Counted from the first letter of the stretch, positions 1-10,951 are shown. The stretch is 32,000 nt of DNA from Promethearchaeum syntrophicum (GCF_008000775.2 NZ_CP042905.2:2250001-2282000), one strand, 5' to 3'. Numbers and translations are program-made. The notes: a model not told the origin generated them from the letters alone.

Positions 1-83
1 TAGATATTAAACCCAAAAAAACCGTAAGATTTTCATGATTTTTATTTTTATTTTTAAAATTTAATTTGATATTGCTTTAACTC

Positions 84-560
84 TTAAGATTTTATCCATT
101 TGATAAAATTATGAATATATTCCTTAGCTTTTTCAAGTTCACTTTCAATAAATGGACCTTCAGTATCTTGCACACGTGCAGTTAAGAGTTGTGAATAGGG
201 TTTCACGATTCTTTTTGATTTTTCTAATTTCTTCAAAAATCGTTTACTCCAACCTTGAATTTTGTTTGTTGCTAAACCATGAGTCAAGAAAAGCGTACCA
301 TATTCTATATCTTTATTAGCATGCTCTAATTCTGCATTTAATTGCTTTAACCATTTCTTTGATTTCGGAGCTCCCATAAACATTCTAATCGCTCCTCCTA
401 AAATAAGTACATCAGGTGTCTCATTTACCACCGTACTTGGAGAAATTTCTTTCACATCTCCGATCTTTATTTCCCATTCTCCGGAAAATTCATCTTTCAA
501 TAATTCTGCTAAAATTTTCCCATTACCGAAATTTGTATCATATAAAATCCATAATTTCAT
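84..560 (-). CDS. Flavodoxin-like / menaquinone-dependent protoporphyrinogen oxidase-like flavoprotein
   Basis: 158 aa; N-terminal MKLWILYDTNFGNGKILAELL resembles a flavodoxin FMN-phosphate loop; PDVLILGGAIRMF fits the second flavodoxin strand/loop. Confidence 0.7.
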   Translation of the reverse strand: MKLWILYDTNFGNGKILAELLKDEFSGEWEIKIGDVKEISPSTVVNETPDVLILGGAIRMFMGAPKSKKWLKQLNAELEHANKDIEYGTLFLTHGLATNKIQGWSKRFLKKLEKSKRIVKPYSQLLTARVQDTEGPFIESELEKAKEYIHNFIKWIKS

Positions 561-745
561 TTTATTAACACCTATTTATTTTTTGATTAGAGGATTTAAT
601 AATTTTAAGGGGTGCCATTTGTTGTTAATAATGCTGCCATTTAAAAAAAGAGTACAATTTTTTGGACAAATTATAAGAATTTATTACTAATATCTGATAG
701 AATCCAAGGAATAATTTTATTTTAATAAAATTTTCATTACTTCAT

Positions 746-1519
746 GTGAAGAAATTAACCCCAGCGCTATTTATTAGTCATGGCTCTCCAATGAATATGG
801 AGATGGACAACCCTTATACTCGAGATATGAAAAAATTAGGGTCAATTATTGAAAAACCTAAAGCCATTGTTGTGATTTCTGCTCATTGGATTACAAAAGA
901 TTCATTGGTGACTGCTGATATAAGACCAAAAATGATTTATGATTTCTATGGCTTTCCAAAAGAATTATATGAATTTAAGTACGATGCTCCTGGTTCACCT
1001 GCCATAGCAGAAAAAATTGCACAAATTTTACCTTCTTCAGAGAGATCTTTATCATTTAACAGAGGATTGGATCACGCAAGTTATTCCGTCTTGAAGTATA
1101 TCTTTCCTAAAGCAGATATTCCTGTTCTTGAAATTAGTATTGATTATAATAAATCCTTTCGATTTCATTACGATTTAGGAAAAAAATTGGGGAAATTAAG
1201 GGAAGACGGAATATTATTCATAGGAAGCGGTAATATGATTCATAATTTCAAGTATATGAAACCAAAAATGGAGAGTCCCCCTTTTCCTTGGGCGATAGAA
1301 CTTGATGAAACTCTAAAAACTGCAATAGAAAATAAGGATCACGATAGTTTGATTAATTATAAAAAAATTCCATTGCATGATATGTTATTTGAAACCCATG
1401 ACCACTACTTACCTATGCTTTATATCTTAGGAATGCAACGGGATAATGAGAAAGCTAAATTTTTACATAGAAGCATCCAACATGGATCTGGGAACCAACT
1501 TTGCTTTCAAGTTGGTTAG
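746..1519 (+). CDS. DODA/LigB-family extradiol ring-cleavage dioxygenase-like protein
   Basis: 257 aa, GTG start; PALFISHGSPMNM, AIVVISAHWITKD, YDFYGFPKELYEFKYDAPGSP, RGLDHASYSVLKYIFPKADIPVLEIS and IGSGNMIHNF are typical of the LigB/DODA (YgiD) family. Confidence 0.9.
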   Translation: MKKLTPALFISHGSPMNMEMDNPYTRDMKKLGSIIEKPKAIVVISAHWITKDSLVTADIRPKMIYDFYGFPKELYEFKYDAPGSPAIAEKIAQILPSSERSLSFNRGLDHASYSVLKYIFPKADIPVLEISIDYNKSFRFHYDLGKKLGKLREDGILFIGSGNMIHNFKYMKPKMESPPFPWAIELDETLKTAIENKDHDSLINYKKIPLHDMLFETHDHYLPMLYILGMQRDNEKAKFLHRSIQHGSGNQLCFQVG

Positions 1520-1535
1520 TAAAAATAATAGATTT

Positions 1536-1967
1536 TTAATGTATTGCTCCACATCCAGGACAAAATTTTCCTGAAGGAGTCACTTCAACTCCGCATTCAG
1601 AGCAAAATTTAAGGGGTTTTAAATGTGGAGTCTCCAATTTCTTTTGAATTGGTGAAACTGTGTTTTGCTGACGGTGCTTTTCTTGCGCTTTATGTTCTTC
1701 AATTTTTTCACGAATTTTGTTACTAATTTCTTGACTTTTTACTCTTAGTTGCTCACTCTTTATTTTGGCTTTCGCTTTCAGATCTTGAGATTTAGTTTTT
1801 ATCTTGAGTTTCATTCGATTTTTGTGAATTTTCATGCGTTCCCTGAAAGGAAGGTCAAAAAATTGCTCTTCAATTGAGGAAGCAGTTGTTTCAGTTTTCT
1901 TATCAGTTTCTTGAGAGGAATTTTCATATTTTCCATAAGATATTGTTTGATATTCATTATTTTCCAT
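1536..1967 (-). CDS. Charged-helical protein with C-terminal zinc ribbon
   Basis: 143 aa; Lys/Glu/Gln-rich helical centre followed by CSECGVEVTPSGKFCPGCGA (CxxC...CxxC). Confidence 0.6.
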   Translation of the reverse strand: MENNEYQTISYGKYENSSQETDKKTETTASSIEEQFFDLPFRERMKIHKNRMKLKIKTKSQDLKAKAKIKSEQLRVKSQEISNKIREKIEEHKAQEKHRQQNTVSPIQKKLETPHLKPLKFCSECGVEVTPSGKFCPGCGAIH

Positions 1968-2263
1968 ATTTTTTCACCGGATAGGATGATATTAGGTATT
2001 AACTAATTCTATAAAATCCATATTGGTATAAGGAAAATTGCGAGACCAATTTTTATCAAATAAAGTATAATTTTGAATAATTTTTGTCGGGGGGAAAAAT
2101 CTTGCTTCAGTACTGATTATATATCGAAAATTCACTATTAATTTATGATCAACATTTCAATATTCACAGCTGTTATTATTTCCTTAATAAATTACAATTT
2201 CAAAGCCGACTGCTTTTTTATAATACAGCTTACCATTTTTTTTATTAGCTGAGGTTTTGAGTT

Positions 2264-4684
2264 ATGAGAATAAAAAAAGAGCGGCATGAGATTCATCTTT
2301 CGGTAAAAGATTTAATTTTTGCTAGTGAAACCCAGAATTATACCGTTTCTTCAATTCCTTATAATATTAGAGCTTCTAAAGGGACCGAGATTCATCAAAA
2401 TTATCAAGAAAAAAAAGAAGAATCTGAAGAAAATTTCAAAAAAGAAGTTGCAATTCGAATAAAGAGACAAATTGATGATTGGACATTTTATATTTCCGGT
2501 AGGGCTGACTGTATTTATAATGCAGGTGGTTTTCTTATTATTGAGGAAATTAAATCTATTTCAAATCTTTCAAAATTACCTCTCGATTCAAAAATAATTA
2601 AAGAATACAAGCAACAATTACTCATATACACTCACTATTTTGCTCACTTACAATCTGAAAAAGAGAAGAAAATTAAATGCAGATTGGTCTTGATAGATAT
2701 TTTTACTGAAGAAATCAAGGTTATCGAAGTCCCCTTAGAAGATTTTACTAATTATATTAGAAAACAATGCAGAAATATCTTAGAAATCTGGAAGAAAGAA
2801 ACTCAAATTAAATTAAATCAACGTAAAAGAACAAAATCAATCAAATTCCCGTTCCCGACATATCGTCCTAATCAAGAAGAGATTATTGAACAAACAATTA
2901 AAACACTAAAGGAAAGTGGTCGATTATTACTCTCCGCACCATCAGGATTAGGAAAAACCATTGGATCTTTATTTCCTACACTTAAATATATCCTGAAGAA
3001 AAACTTGCGATTATTCATCATAACTTCAAAAACAACTCAACAAAAGATATATCGAGACACTCTTCGTATGCTGGAAAAAAAAGGTGGAAATTTTCATTCG
3101 ATAATCCTTACAGCAAAAGAGAAGATGTGCATTAATAGCGCCTTTATTTGTGAAAAAAATTTTTGCCCATTTATAGAAAATTATGAAAAAATAGAATTAA
3201 CCGAACCTATCGAAGAACTACTTTCAAATAAAGTAATTACGGCCAGAAATATAAAAAAAATTGCCAAAAAATATGGAATTTGTCCATTTGAGTTAGCTCT
3301 TGATTGTTCACTTTCATGTGACGTTATTGTAGGTGATTATAATTATGTTTTTCATCCATTTATTAAGTTAAAGCGATATTTCGACCAATCTTATGATGAT
3401 GCTGTATTAATCATCGACGAAGCTCATAATTTGCCTTTTCGAGCAAAGGATTATTATTCTCCAGAAATTACTATTCAAGAAATCCAGGATTGTCGGCTAT
3501 ATTTGAATTCTATAAGTCTTCCAAAAGATATAGAGTCTGAAGGTATGAGAATTTTTAAGGAAATAAATAATTACATAAAGAACCTTATAGATGTAAACCA
3601 AAATTCAAACCAGAATAAGACGAAAATTGAAAGAATTCGACAAAAATATATAATTAAACTACAAGAAGATTTTTTCCGTAAACAGCTCAAAGATTATGAT
3701 CAATTTATTCTTAAATATTTCCAAGCATATTCTGATCAGAACAAGACACCTCCGAGTAAGAAGGATAAAATCCTCGATTTTTCGATGAAATTACGTCAAT
3801 TTTATATAATATTAAAAGAAAGTAATAATCCAGAATTTACTCCGCTATGCTATATCAAAGAAAAGAAGATCAAAATTCTATGCAAATCCGCAGCTCCTAA
3901 ATTAGAAAAGCAAATAAAGGGTTTTCACTCTGTAATTGCGCAATCTGCAACATTATTTCCAATGAATTATTATCAAAATATGATGGGATTTCCATCAAAT
4001 ACTCATAATTTAGAGTTAAATTCACCTTTTGCAAAAGAAAATAGGTTATATCTTCAATTTCCACATGTTTCAACGAAATATGAATATCGAAATGAATCTT
4101 ATGCAATAATTGCAGAAATTATAGGTAAAACTATTAATATTCGGAATGGAAATTACATTGCCTTTTTTCCGAGTTTTACATATTTAAAAGCCGTCCATGA
4201 AGAAATTAAAAAGATAACCTTGCAAGGAGAGATTTTAATCCAAGAATCGAGAATGAACGAGCGAAAACGCAAAGAATATTTAAAAAAGTTAAAAGAACCT
4301 AACCATAATTACCTTTTATTAGCCGTCCATGGAGGAATTTTCGGTGAAGGAGTTGATTTTACAGGAGATATGGCGATCGGGGCATTTATTATAGGACCTG
4401 GGTTGCCTGCATATTCTTTAGAGCAAGAATTAATTAAAAATTATTTTGATTTCAAATGGAAAAAGGGATTTGAGTATGCATATCGAAATATTGGTATAAC
4501 AAAGGTGATCCAAGCTGCTGGAAGGATTTTCAGAACAGATTCGGATAAAGGTGTTATACTTTTAATTGGTCAACGTTTTAACACACCTTATTATAACAAG
4601 ATATTACCGAGTGATTGGAATTTGGAAAAGGTACCAAATATTATTCAAAAAATTGAGAATTTCTGGGATTTTCACAACATTTAA
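2264..4684 (+). CDS. PD-(D/E)XK (Cas4/RecB-like) nuclease domain fused to XPD/DinG-type superfamily 2 helicase
   Basis: 806 aa; N-terminal GRADCIYNAGGFLIIEEIKS...QQLLIYTHYF (D...ExK...QxxxY); Walker A LLSAPSGLGKTIGSLFPT; Cys cluster CINSAFICEKNFCPF...CPFELALDCS; DYNYVFHP; DEAH box VLIIDEAHNLP; C-terminal GGIFGEGVDFTG and QAAGRIFRT. Confidence 0.88.
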   Translation: MRIKKERHEIHLSVKDLIFASETQNYTVSSIPYNIRASKGTEIHQNYQEKKEESEENFKKEVAIRIKRQIDDWTFYISGRADCIYNAGGFLIIEEIKSISNLSKLPLDSKIIKEYKQQLLIYTHYFAHLQSEKEKKIKCRLVLIDIFTEEIKVIEVPLEDFTNYIRKQCRNILEIWKKETQIKLNQRKRTKSIKFPFPTYRPNQEEIIEQTIKTLKESGRLLLSAPSGLGKTIGSLFPTLKYILKKNLRLFIITSKTTQQKIYRDTLRMLEKKGGNFHSIILTAKEKMCINSAFICEKNFCPFIENYEKIELTEPIEELLSNKVITARNIKKIAKKYGICPFELALDCSLSCDVIVGDYNYVFHPFIKLKRYFDQSYDDAVLIIDEAHNLPFRAKDYYSPEITIQEIQDCRLYLNSISLPKDIESEGMRIFKEINNYIKNLIDVNQNSNQNKTKIERIRQKYIIKLQEDFFRKQLKDYDQFILKYFQAYSDQNKTPPSKKDKILDFSMKLRQFYIILKESNNPEFTPLCYIKEKKIKILCKSAAPKLEKQIKGFHSVIAQSATLFPMNYYQNMMGFPSNTHNLELNSPFAKENRLYLQFPHVSTKYEYRNESYAIIAEIIGKTINIRNGNYIAFFPSFTYLKAVHEEIKKITLQGEILIQESRMNERKRKEYLKKLKEPNHNYLLLAVHGGIFGEGVDFTGDMAIGAFIIGPGLPAYSLEQELIKNYFDFKWKKGFEYAYRNIGITKVIQAAGRIFRTDSDKGVILLIGQRFNTPYYNKILPSDWNLEKVPNIIQKIENFWDFHNI

Positions 4685-4722
4685 TGCATTCAAAACAAAA
4701 GAAAGAAATTTAGAAATAATCC

Positions 4723-5247
4723 TTAGAGAATTTTTTCCATAAAAAACCAATCAAATCTTATTATCGGAGGCACTTCAGCTTCGGGATATTCTTCAATTTC
4801 ATAGAACCCTGCAGATTTATAAACTTTGTGAGCTACAGTACTAATAGGACCTGTATCTAACCTTAACTTTGAATATCCAAAATCCTTAGCGGTCTCTATT
4901 AATTTGCTCATTATTTCGTTTCCAAGATCTTTACCTCTAAAATCAGGTTTAACGTACATTCGCTTAATTTCTGCAATTTCTTTATTGATCCTTTTCAATC
5001 CCCCCATTCCTGCAATTTTATCATTATAAGATACAATATATACAATTCCGGTAGGAGGAACTAAAGATTCAAATTCTGGTAATGAATTTTCTATATATTC
5101 ATCTATAGGTCCTAATGCATCAACAAAATCTAGTTCAAAATAACGTAGACACTCTTCTCGCATCCAATTTAAATATGCTTTATTCAGTTCTATGAAAATC
5201 GTTCGATGTGAGGATTTATCATAAACATGAAATATGATCATCATCAT
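4723..5247 (-). CDS. GNAT-family N-acetyltransferase
   Basis: 174 aa; AEIKRMYVKPDFRGKDLGNEIMSKLIETAKDFGYSKLRLDTGPISTVAHKVYKSAGFYEIEEY is a standard GNAT acetyl-CoA fold signature. Confidence 0.92.
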   Translation of the reverse strand: MMMIIFHVYDKSSHRTIFIELNKAYLNWMREECLRYFELDFVDALGPIDEYIENSLPEFESLVPPTGIVYIVSYNDKIAGMGGLKRINKEIAEIKRMYVKPDFRGKDLGNEIMSKLIETAKDFGYSKLRLDTGPISTVAHKVYKSAGFYEIEEYPEAEVPPIIRFDWFFMEKIL

Positions 5248-5367
5248 TCAATTAGATCGTTGTTCTAAAAAATGATTTTAAAATCCAAATATTTACAAGA
5301 AAACGAATGATATAAACTTGATAGGTTTCAAACGCACTAACTTAAAATATCTAAAAGATGGAATCAA

Positions 5368-6927
5368 ATGGAAAGAAAAAGTATTTTAAATTACGTAATC
5401 GGTCCAATAATGCGCGGACCTTCAAGCTCTCATACCGCTGCATCCTATTTCATAGGTAAATTGGTCGGGAATTTCGTGAATTATCAGATCGAGAATGTCA
5501 AGATTATTTTCAATGAAGGAAGTTCGTGGGCGCATGTTTACCGAATGCAAAATTCCGAATATGGTTTTATCGCCGGGCTCATAAATTATGATTGGTTTTT
5601 GGATAATTTTTACCAATTAAAAGAAAAAATTCTTCATCAAAATATTTCAGTGAATTTTATGGATCAACCTTGTTCAGAAGCAGATCATCCGAATTATGTA
5701 AAAATTGAATTGAATTCAAGTTCACATCCTCCCATTATTGTGCATGCCAAATCAACCGGTGGTGGCACCATTCTTTTAACAAAATTTAATGAATGGAATG
5801 TTGAAATAAACGGTGAGAATTATTATCTCTTGATTGAATATCAAAAAGAACAAGAAAAACCGCTATTTCAAAGTTTGAATAAGTTTTTCTTAAGCGAAGA
5901 TTACCTCCTATCTCAAAATCATAAAGAATGGAATTTTATTCAAATTACCGCTAAAACTCCGATTCCTAAAGAATTACTAAATTATTTAAATAAAACAAAT
6001 CCTATGAATCTCAAATTTCATCGAATTAATCCCATTGTCAATGTCATCAAAGGTGAACCCCTTTTTAGAAATAGTCAAGAATTACTGGCACTTGTAAAGA
6101 AAAATCCTATAACACTGGGAAATATCGGATTGCAGTATGAAGCACAATTATTGGGATGTTCTATAGAAAAAATATTCAAAGATACGGAAAAAAGACTAAA
6201 AGTAATGTTAAGATCAGTAGAAACAGGTTTAAATAAGAATAAATCGAATATGAGAATTTTGAAACATTCTGCAAGTCACATTTACAATAAATTTCAAGAA
6301 AAGGCACTTTATGTAAACAACATAAATACTAAATGCGCCTTATATGCTTTAGCAGCCATGGATGTTACTTCTTCAGGAGGGATGATATGTGCTGCACCTA
6401 CAGGCGGATCTGCCGGAGTCTTACCTGCAATACTATATATATTAGCCAAAGAATTCGAATTAAATACCAAACAACTTTGCTTGTGTTTGCTAGCGGCAGG
6501 TGTAATCGGATTGATTAACTCTTATCGAAGCACATTTGCTGCAGAAATTGCTGGTTGTCAAGTTGAAATTGGAATGGCAGGGGCGATGGGATGTGCTGCT
6601 GTGATTGAAGCTGCTAATAGCACTCCAGAAAATGCTTTAAATGCAGCAGCTATTTCACTGCAAAACACTATGGGATCTGTCTGTGATCTTATTGCAGGAT
6701 TATGTGAAATTCCTTGTCATACTAGAAATGCCACAGTTGCGTCAAATGCATTTGTATGTGCTGATCTAATTTTAGGAGGTTATATAAATCCTATTCCTTT
6801 AGATGAAACGCTTGATGCCTCCTTAGAATCGGGAATGTTGCTGCCTAAAGAATTACGTTGCACTGCGTTAGGTGGAATTGCAAATACAAAGACGGCAAAG
6901 AAACTATTTAAAAAACTGGATAAATGA
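5368..6927 (+). CDS. sdaA: L-serine ammonia-lyase (iron-sulfur dependent, alpha and beta domains on one chain)
   Basis: 519 aa; VIGPIMRGPSSSHTAASYFIGK, SSGGMICAAPTGGSAGVLPAILY, VGLINSYRSTFAAEIAGCQVEIGMAGAMGCAAVIEAA, DLIAGLCEIPCHTRNATVASNAFVCAD. Confidence 0.93.
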   Translation: MERKSILNYVIGPIMRGPSSSHTAASYFIGKLVGNFVNYQIENVKIIFNEGSSWAHVYRMQNSEYGFIAGLINYDWFLDNFYQLKEKILHQNISVNFMDQPCSEADHPNYVKIELNSSSHPPIIVHAKSTGGGTILLTKFNEWNVEINGENYYLLIEYQKEQEKPLFQSLNKFFLSEDYLLSQNHKEWNFIQITAKTPIPKELLNYLNKTNPMNLKFHRINPIVNVIKGEPLFRNSQELLALVKKNPITLGNIGLQYEAQLLGCSIEKIFKDTEKRLKVMLRSVETGLNKNKSNMRILKHSASHIYNKFQEKALYVNNINTKCALYALAAMDVTSSGGMICAAPTGGSAGVLPAILYILAKEFELNTKQLCLCLLAAGVIGLINSYRSTFAAEIAGCQVEIGMAGAMGCAAVIEAANSTPENALNAAAISLQNTMGSVCDLIAGLCEIPCHTRNATVASNAFVCADLILGGYINPIPLDETLDASLESGMLLPKELRCTALGGIANTKTAKKLFKKLDK

Positions 6928-7151
6928 ATTTTGGTCACATCTTCACATTCATCTCTAATTATTATATGATGAAATTGTATCAATCGGATGGTTATACTTT
7001 CATCGGCTTAATCATACTCTGCCTCTTAAGCTTAAAGTATGCAAATATGCAAATAGGCATAATATTTAAAATCAAAATGTAAAAAATTAAAGAGGAAAAA
7101 GAAAATAAAAAGTATATAGTGAAATAATAAAATTATATTGGACGAAATTAA

Positions 7152-7934
7152 ATGAGTATAAAAAATGAAATATTAAAAAATGAAATTGAAAATCAACAGA
7201 TTTTGTCAATATCAGACCTCCATAAAACCTACGACACGGGAAAGTCGAATGAGGTGAAAGTTCTTCGGGGAGTTTCTTTAGAAATGCGGAAGGGTGATTT
7301 TTTTACCTTAATGGGGCCGTCGGGGTGTGGAAAATCAACTCTGCTTAATATTGTAGGGGGTCTTACTAAACAAAATTGCGGCTCTGTGAAAATTAATGGA
7401 ATTGAACTTGATTCACTTAAGGATAATGCTCTCTCCGAGCTACGCAACCTCCATATTGGGTGGGTTTTCCAAAGCTTTGGATTGATCGATAATCTTACAG
7501 CTTTGGAGAATGTAATGATTCCCTTGGATTTAGCCAATGTTGAAGATTCAGTGGCAAAACAGACTGGTTTGGAATTACTGAAACGGGTTGGTCTTGAAGA
7601 CCGTGCGGATCATTTTCCGGACGGATTATCGGGAGGTCAAAATCAACGCACGGCTATTGCGAGGGCTTTAGCTAATGATCCTGAAGTTATTTTAGCCGAT
7701 GAGCCCACGGGGAATCTGGACACCTCTACAGGTTTGGAAATTATTGAATTATTTAAGGAGTTAGCATCACAAGGGAAAACCATCTTGATGGTAACTCATG
7801 ATGTTGCCTTAGCCCATGCTGCCCAAAAAGTGTTTATTTTGAGAAATGGCGTGGTTGCTGAAGAAACCAAAGACCCTGCTCTAAACGGGACCCAAAAACA
7901 TAAAGCTGAAATAAAAACGGAAAAGGAGATATGA
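7152..7934 (+). CDS. ABC transporter ATP-binding protein (MacB/LolD family)
   Basis: 260 aa; Walker A GPSGCGKST, Q-loop GWVFQSFGLI, signature LSGGQNQRTAIARALA, Walker [13 protein letters not shown]. Stop overlaps the next ORF. Confidence 0.95.
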   Translation: MSIKNEILKNEIENQQILSISDLHKTYDTGKSNEVKVLRGVSLEMRKGDFFTLMGPSGCGKSTLLNIVGGLTKQNCGSVKINGIELDSLKDNALSELRNLHIGWVFQSFGLIDNLTALENVMIPLDLANVEDSVAKQTGLELLKRVGLEDRADHFPDGLSGGQNQRTAIARALANDPEVILADEPTGNLDTSTGLEIIELFKELASQGKTILMVTHDVALAHAAQKVFILRNGVVAEETKDPALNGTQKHKAEIKTEKEI

Positions 7935-10900
7935 ACTGGATGGAAAATAAACCAGAAAAAAATATATCGAAAAAGAATAAACAAGGATTGAATAAACGCG
8001 AAAATAATTCATCGATACATAAGATTAATCAAAGGCGCGTGTTCCCAAAAAAAAAAAAACTGGAATTCATCGCAACTTTTCCCTTTGAAACTATTCCACA
8101 AACATTCAAAAGCGTAATTCACAATAAACGCCGTTCTTTCGCCATGCTGGCAGGAATAATTTTGGCAACCTCACTGCTTTCAGGGATTATTATCTATAAT
8201 AAAGAGCTGAAAGAGAATAATTATTTAACTCTTATAGAAGACCAACCCTTTGAAGTCGGTTTCAATATTCCCAATAATGAATCGATGATTGCTTTAAATG
8301 AACTCGCTACTCAGATTCGGTCAAATGAAAAAGTCTTAGCAGCTTCAATCTTCGGAGGTAGAAGGGGTGATTTTAAAGGGTACTTGGAGACTAAGCTCTT
8401 TACATCGACAGATCTCGTAAGTGAAGATCCAGAAGGGGTAGTGGCTTTTCCATTATTTATGGAAGAATCCATTTTTTCCAACGAAATCGGTGAAAAAATT
8501 GCAGAAATGGATTTTGAAGGAGAATTGGATTTGTCGGGCGATTCTGCAATCATTCCGTCAAGGATGGCTCGAGATCTCGATCTCGAAATTGGCCAGAAAA
8601 TTCCTCTTATAAACCTGACGCAAATTTATTACGATGATGGTGATCCTCCAAATCCTGTTCAAATAAATGGTCAATTGACTAACATTACCATCAAAGGCAC
8701 TTATAAGCTTGCCGAACAGACCAGTTTTAGTATTACTGATATCTTCAGCTCATCACCTTTTCAAGGATGGAATATTTATCTTTCGATGGATTTATTGACA
8801 AATAAAACCTCAATGGATGCTTTGGAAACTATTATGCATGATCAAGGTAATTTCTATATTGGGGTCAAATTGGATATTAATCAATTTTCAGTAGGAGATC
8901 CCGAGACTTTCATAGAGGAAATTAATATTTTTATAAATGATATTGCTCGAAACAACAACAACGATTTAGAAGGTTCAATTATTATCCAAGATGCTGTGAT
9001 TGGCTTTGAAATAATCTCAATTTTTATTACAATATTATATGTGGCTCTTTCTATTCCCGTGATAATTTTAAGTATATATTTGTTAAATTTTGGTATCGAA
9101 ATGAGCTTAGAAGAACGGAGAAGAGGAATAGCCATCAGAAAAGTCCAAGGTGCTAATTCGCGACAAATTTTTGGAGAATTACGAAGTGAAACGATATTTT
9201 TACTCCTTGTAGGAACCGTGATTGGATATCTTGCAGGGATTGTTTCTGCATGGCTGATTACTTCTGCTACTGGTTATATGATAATCGCCCCCGATCCGAC
9301 CACTTTTATTGATTTTGTGTATCTTGATTGGACAGCATTATTGGTGCCTTTTGTATTTACCAGCTTATTGATTATTCTCCAAATCTACAAGAAAGGGCGA
9401 AAATTCATCAATTCCGAAGTTACCCAAGGTGTCGTCAGAAGAGACCAAAAGAAAATTTCGTTCTTAAAAAGAACATATTTAGACTTTGTATTTTTCATAA
9501 TTGGAGTTATTGGACTGGGGATAGTAGTTGCACAAAGACTTAAAGTGGATATCCAATTAAGTCTTTTAGCCCAATTAGGAATCTTTCTAATCACCCCCTT
9601 CTTGTTCTGGATAGGAGGGAGTTCTTTGGGATCTCGGCTAACGAAATGGGTCCCTTTAAAGCTCCAAGCATCTTTTTTAAGGTTAAAAGTTCTTAACGAT
9701 GTGAAGCGAATCATAAAAAGTGGGTTAAAAAGGCGTGGAGATGTAGATAGATTAGCACTTATCATCATTCTTACATTGTCCATTGCAGTTCTTGCTACAA
9801 TTCAAGGCACTACCGAAGAACGGCACGCAGAACGAGACCTTGAATGGCAGGTGGGGGCAGATTGGCAAGTCAATTTTAATACCCCTGCCGATCATCATGC
9901 TAATTTAAGCCAAATAATCGGATTTGACGAAAACATTGCACTCACAGGCACCTTTGTGAAAATTTTAACATCTAGTTTATCTGTTATAGCAATAGAAAAT
10001 AGCTTTGAATTAGCAAATCTGCAGGAAGGTAAACCTGTATTATATTGGCAAGAAGATAATTTCAATTCATTCACAGCCCAAGAGGCATTACAAGAACTCG
10101 AAACTACTCCCCGGGGAATTTTCCTAACCTCTGATTATGCGGACTATCTTGCTCTTAACACAGAAGATAAAATCGACATAAAAGTACCAATTACTGGATC
10201 AACTTCTGGTGAATTCCATGAAATAGAAGATATTAGTATATTAGGAACAATGAACCAATTTCCAGGCTCTTTAAGTTTTTCGAGTCTTACATCGGAATCA
10301 CTTATGAGAGAAATATTAGCTCTCAGTATGAATATGAGTGCTGATGCGTTGGCTACTGGGGCTCTAAATTCTTCACGTTATTATGTTAGGACAGATAACG
10401 GTGCAGATATGTCCGTAGATCAAATATCTGCTACCCAAATCGAAGTGGAAGAAATGGATGATATTGAAAATGATCGTTCCTTTTATTATGAAAAAAACCG
10501 ATTAGATAGTTCCACTCAAGGATATGGTATCTCGGGATTGCTTTCAATGGATTTTGTTATAAGTCTTTTAGCTTCCCTGATTAGCGCTTTCGCTTTTTCA
10601 GCAATCATTATGGAGAAGCGGAAACACGAATTTGCTATTCTGCGATCGATTGGAGCTAAGAAGAAGCATATTTACAAACTAGCATTGGGAGAGAACACGC
10701 TGATGATGCTTACGGCTTCGATCTGGGGGATTTTCCTTGGAATTGGGATTGCTCAATTATTCAATGGAGTATTTATGTTCGTAAGTATGATTTCGGAAAC
10801 GTTCTCTTCTATTGATCGGCTAGTTGAGATTCCCATCGTAGAGTTGATTATTATTAGTACAGTGACATTCCTAGGTATGCTGGGGGCGACTGTTGCTTCA

Positions 10901-10951
10901 ATTCGCTCCGCGGCAAATCAAGATATTGCTGTAGGGATCAAGGAGGTGTAA
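7931..10951 (+). CDS. FtsX-like ABC transporter permease, duplicated architecture
   Basis: 1006 aa; N-terminal TM FAMLAGIILATSLLSGIII, FtsX-type TM blocks around residues 350-530 and at the C-terminus (AFSAIIMEKRKHEFAILRSIGAKKKHIYKLALGENTLMMLTASIWGIFLGIGIAQ), separated by a large extracytoplasmic region; about 10 predicted TMs by eye. Confidence 0.88.
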   Translation: MNWMENKPEKNISKKNKQGLNKRENNSSIHKINQRRVFPKKKKLEFIATFPFETIPQTFKSVIHNKRRSFAMLAGIILATSLLSGIIIYNKELKENNYLTLIEDQPFEVGFNIPNNESMIALNELATQIRSNEKVLAASIFGGRRGDFKGYLETKLFTSTDLVSEDPEGVVAFPLFMEESIFSNEIGEKIAEMDFEGELDLSGDSAIIPSRMARDLDLEIGQKIPLINLTQIYYDDGDPPNPVQINGQLTNITIKGTYKLAEQTSFSITDIFSSSPFQGWNIYLSMDLLTNKTSMDALETIMHDQGNFYIGVKLDINQFSVGDPETFIEEINIFINDIARNNNNDLEGSIIIQDAVIGFEIISIFITILYVALSIPVIILSIYLLNFGIEMSLEERRRGIAIRKVQGANSRQIFGELRSETIFLLLVGTVIGYLAGIVSAWLITSATGYMIIAPDPTTFIDFVYLDWTALLVPFVFTSLLIILQIYKKGRKFINSEVTQGVVRRDQKKISFLKRTYLDFVFFIIGVIGLGIVVAQRLKVDIQLSLLAQLGIFLITPFLFWIGGSSLGSRLTKWVPLKLQASFLRLKVLNDVKRIIKSGLKRRGDVDRLALIIILTLSIAVLATIQGTTEERHAERDLEWQVGADWQVNFNTPADHHANLSQIIGFDENIALTGTFVKILTSSLSVIAIENSFELANLQEGKPVLYWQEDNFNSFTAQEALQELETTPRGIFLTSDYADYLALNTEDKIDIKVPITGSTSGEFHEIEDISILGTMNQFPGSLSFSSLTSESLMREILALSMNMSADALATGALNSSRYYVRTDNGADMSVDQISATQIEVEEMDDIENDRSFYYEKNRLDSSTQGYGISGLLSMDFVISLLASLISAFAFSAIIMEKRKHEFAILRSIGAKKKHIYKLALGENTLMMLTASIWGIFLGIGIAQLFNGVFMFVSMISETFSSIDRLVEIPIVELIIISTVTFLGMLGATVASIRSAANQDIAVGIKEV

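Noticed and set aside
2264-4684. Nuclease-helicase fusion as part of a defence island
   Set aside because: Flanking genes (zinc-ribbon protein, GNAT, serine ammonia-lyase) show no defence signature, so a defence-system claim is not supported by this window.
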